From positions 370,698,001 through 370,762,000 of the forward strand of contig OZ024741.1 of assembly GCA_964016885.1 (NCBI GenBank): DNA of 64,000 nucleotides. The letters run 5' to 3'. Made by a program: the position numbers and the translations under genes. Below are positions 61,600 through 64,000 of this stretch, piece by piece (the stretch's first letter is position 1; each line of letters begins with the position of its first letter). This DNA is from Eledone cirrhosa (lineage: Eukaryota). The notes below the pieces were generated by a model. The model searched no databases. It saw only the letters and a program-made list of their open reading frames with translations, and was not told the DNA's origin.

Positions 61600-62360
61600 C
61601 ACCATGGTGGCGGTGGTGTTGGCGGTGGTGGTGGTGGTGGTGGTGGTGGTGGTGGTGGTGGTGGTGGTGGTGGTGGTGGTGGTGGTGGTGGTGGTGGTGT
61701 CGGCGGTGGTGGTGGCGGTGGTGGTGGTGGTGGTGGTGGTAGTGGTGTTGGTGATGGTGGTGGTGTTGGTGGCGGTGGTGGTGGTGTGGTGGTGATGGTG
61801 GTGGTGGTACTGGTGTTGTTGTTGGTGGTGGTGGTTGTGGTGGTGGTGGTGGTGGTGGTGGTGGTGGTGGTGGTGGTGGTGGTGGTGGTGGTACTGGTGT
61901 TGTTGTTGGTGGTGGTGGTTGTGGTGGTGGTGGAGGTGGTGGTACTGGTGGTGATGGTGGTGGTGGTGGTGGTGGTGGTGGTGGTGGTGGTGATGGTGGT
62001 GGTGGTGGTGGCGGTGGTGGTGGCGGTGGTGGTGGTGATGGTGGCGGTTGTGGTGGTGGTGGTGGTGTTGGTGATGGTGGTGGTGTTGGTGGCGGTGGTG
62101 GCGGTTGTGGTGGTGGTGGTGGTGTTGGTGATGGTGGTGGTGTTGGTGGCGGTGGTGGTGGTGTGGTGGTGATGGTGGTGGTGATGGTGGTGGTGGTGGT
62201 CGTGGTGGTGGTGGTGGTGTTGGTGATGGTGGTGGTGTTGGTGGCGGTGGTGGTGATGTGGTGGTGATGGTGGTGGTGATGGTGGTGGTGGTCGTCGTGG
62301 TGGTGGTGATGGTGGTGGTCGTGGTGGTGGTGATGGTGGTGGTGGTGGTGGTGGTGATGA
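61600..62360. repeat. (GGT)n-derived repeat
   Basis: Direct inspection. Confidence 0.93.
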
Positions 62361-62641
62361 TACTGCTGTTGTTACCATTACAGAGGGTGGTGTTGGAGGT
62401 AATGCAGGGGAAGAGGAGAGAAGTATCATTTTTTTCCCCTCGGTCAAACAAATCTCATTGGTTTTTAAGCGTTCTGTCACGCGACATCCTCAAAGTTGAA
62501 AGGCAATGACATCATGAATGGATTGTCAACATCATTGTCATCGTTTGTGGTCTTCCACATCCTCCTCCTCCTCCTATCCTACTCCTACTCCCCCTCCCCC
62601 TCCAACTCCTTCACCAATCCTTTTCTCAACATCATTATCTT

Positions 62642-62824
62642 TTGGCAGTATCGGTTGCGGGTCGGACGCCATGCTTTGCAGCATAGAGTTGCGGCCCTTT
62701 ACGATCTGAGTTCAAATCCCGCCGAGGTTAACTTTGCCTTTCATCATTACGGGGTCGATAAACTAAAGTACCAGTAATGAACTGGGGTAATTGCTGGCCT
62801 TGTACCAAAAATAGAAACAATTAT
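62642..62824 (+). mobile_element. tRNA-derived SINE family A
   Basis: A box, B box, core and tail are present. Confidence 0.85.
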
Positions 62825-63087
62825 CTTTATCTTCATTTGCATGTTGTCGTTTTCATTATCACAACCATCAGCGTCATCACCAACATTGTCGTCGTTGTCG
62901 TCATCAACACTGTCATTATCGCCATCATCATCATCATCATCATCATGGTCCTTATAGCCATCATCATCATCGTCATCGGGCACGGCAATTAAGGAAGGAA
63001 TAAAATAAGCAATTATGAAGTGAGAAGTGATATAAAGCCAAACTCTAAATTTTATGAAATAAGATGATGTGGCTTTCATGCATTTCT

Positions 63088-63155
<68 letters not shown>

Positions 63156-63161
<6 letters not shown>

Positions 63162-63518
63162 TAAAAGGAATTCCAACTTTGTCTGATTTACTCGTTTTAT
63201 TTACAATCCTTTAAAATTTATAATGGTATTATAATGAAATAGTATGGTAGAATATTAAATGTTAAGTGTTCATATCTTCAGGTTCATATTGTGTGGTGAC
63301 AGTCAAGTTTGCAATTTTCAACTGTTGAAAATTGCAAACTTGACTGTCACCACACAATATGAACCTGAAGATTGCGAAAGCATGAAAGTACTTGTTCAAT
63401 TAACACTTAACATTTAATATTCTACCATACTATTTCATTATAATACCATTATAAATTTTAAAGGATTGTAAATAAAACGAGTAAATCAGACAAAGTTGGA
63501 ATTCCTTTTATTAATATA
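63156..63518 (+). mobile_element. Fold-back element around a 1-nt centre (63323), next to (TA)n
   Basis: The arms are reverse complements except for a ~26-bp net deletion in the left arm. Confidence 0.85.
63360..63398 (+). ncRNA. Minimal type I hammerhead (CUU site, U.U stem II base, GAAA tetraloop)
   Basis: TGAAC-CTGAAGA-T TGC gaaa GCA T-GAAA-GTAC-TT|GTTCA. Confidence 0.85.
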
Positions 63519-63882
63519 ATCTTCTATACACAATCATACACACCTGTGTATATTTATCTTCCCAAGTCAAGCGATTAACCAGTTAATTTTTTTTGGCTTT
63601 TTAGTTAATTCTATTGACTGATTAATCGCTTAAGTTTATTTTAAAAACAACTCAGTAGAGAGCTTAATTCGTTTTGTGCGGTTTTTGCAAATTTTTTGCA
63701 ATAACTACACATGCTGAATTCACTGGCCAAAATAGGGGTTTTCTCTCCTTAGATTCTCACATGTGCTTTCATAACCTGCGAGATTCTGGCGAAAGAAGAA
63801 CAAAAACCCGTTGAGAAAGCGATGCCTTGTTCGATCATTATACCAAAAGCTTATTTTTTATAAGCAGACAGTATTATTGATT

Positions 63883-64000
63883 TGGATTGGCAGTATCGGT
63901 AGAGGGTCGGACGCCATGCTTTCCAGTATAGTTACGTCCCTTTACGATCTGAGTTCAAATCCCGCCGAGGTTGACTTTGCCTTTCATCCTTACGGGGTCG
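63883..64000 (+). mobile_element. tRNA-derived SINE family A (cut by window end)
   Basis: A box, B box and the start of the core. Confidence 0.85.

Overview
Repeat-dominated eukaryotic (metazoan) genomic DNA with no recognisable host protein-coding gene. The (TA)n/(CA)n/(GA)n density and the SINE family are reminiscent of a cephalopod/mollusc genome, which is inference only. Almost all listed ORFs are translations of simple repeats. The real content is: (1) a frameshifted, 5'-truncated Penelope-like retroelement (RT + C-terminal GIY-YIG, 43.9-47.7 kb) with an inverted 3' copy, plus a shorter relative at 9.0-11.0 kb; (2) about 22 type I hammerhead-ribozyme (HHR) motifs from about 13 sequence-distinct families, found by eye and mostly in short elements embedded in (TA)n, several of them fold-back palindromes with a one-sided tail. 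Several carry non-canonical cores (compensated U3-A8, U.U at the base of stem II, a ~90-nt stem II domain), and stem covariation is visible between copies; (3) tRNA-derived SINEs, RTE-LINE 3' ends and a hAT-type MITE with an 8-bp TSD; (4) an 8.9-kb 20-bp satellite with a 2775-bp higher-order duplication, and other mini/microsatellites. All structures were read manually, so coordinates may be off by a few bases.
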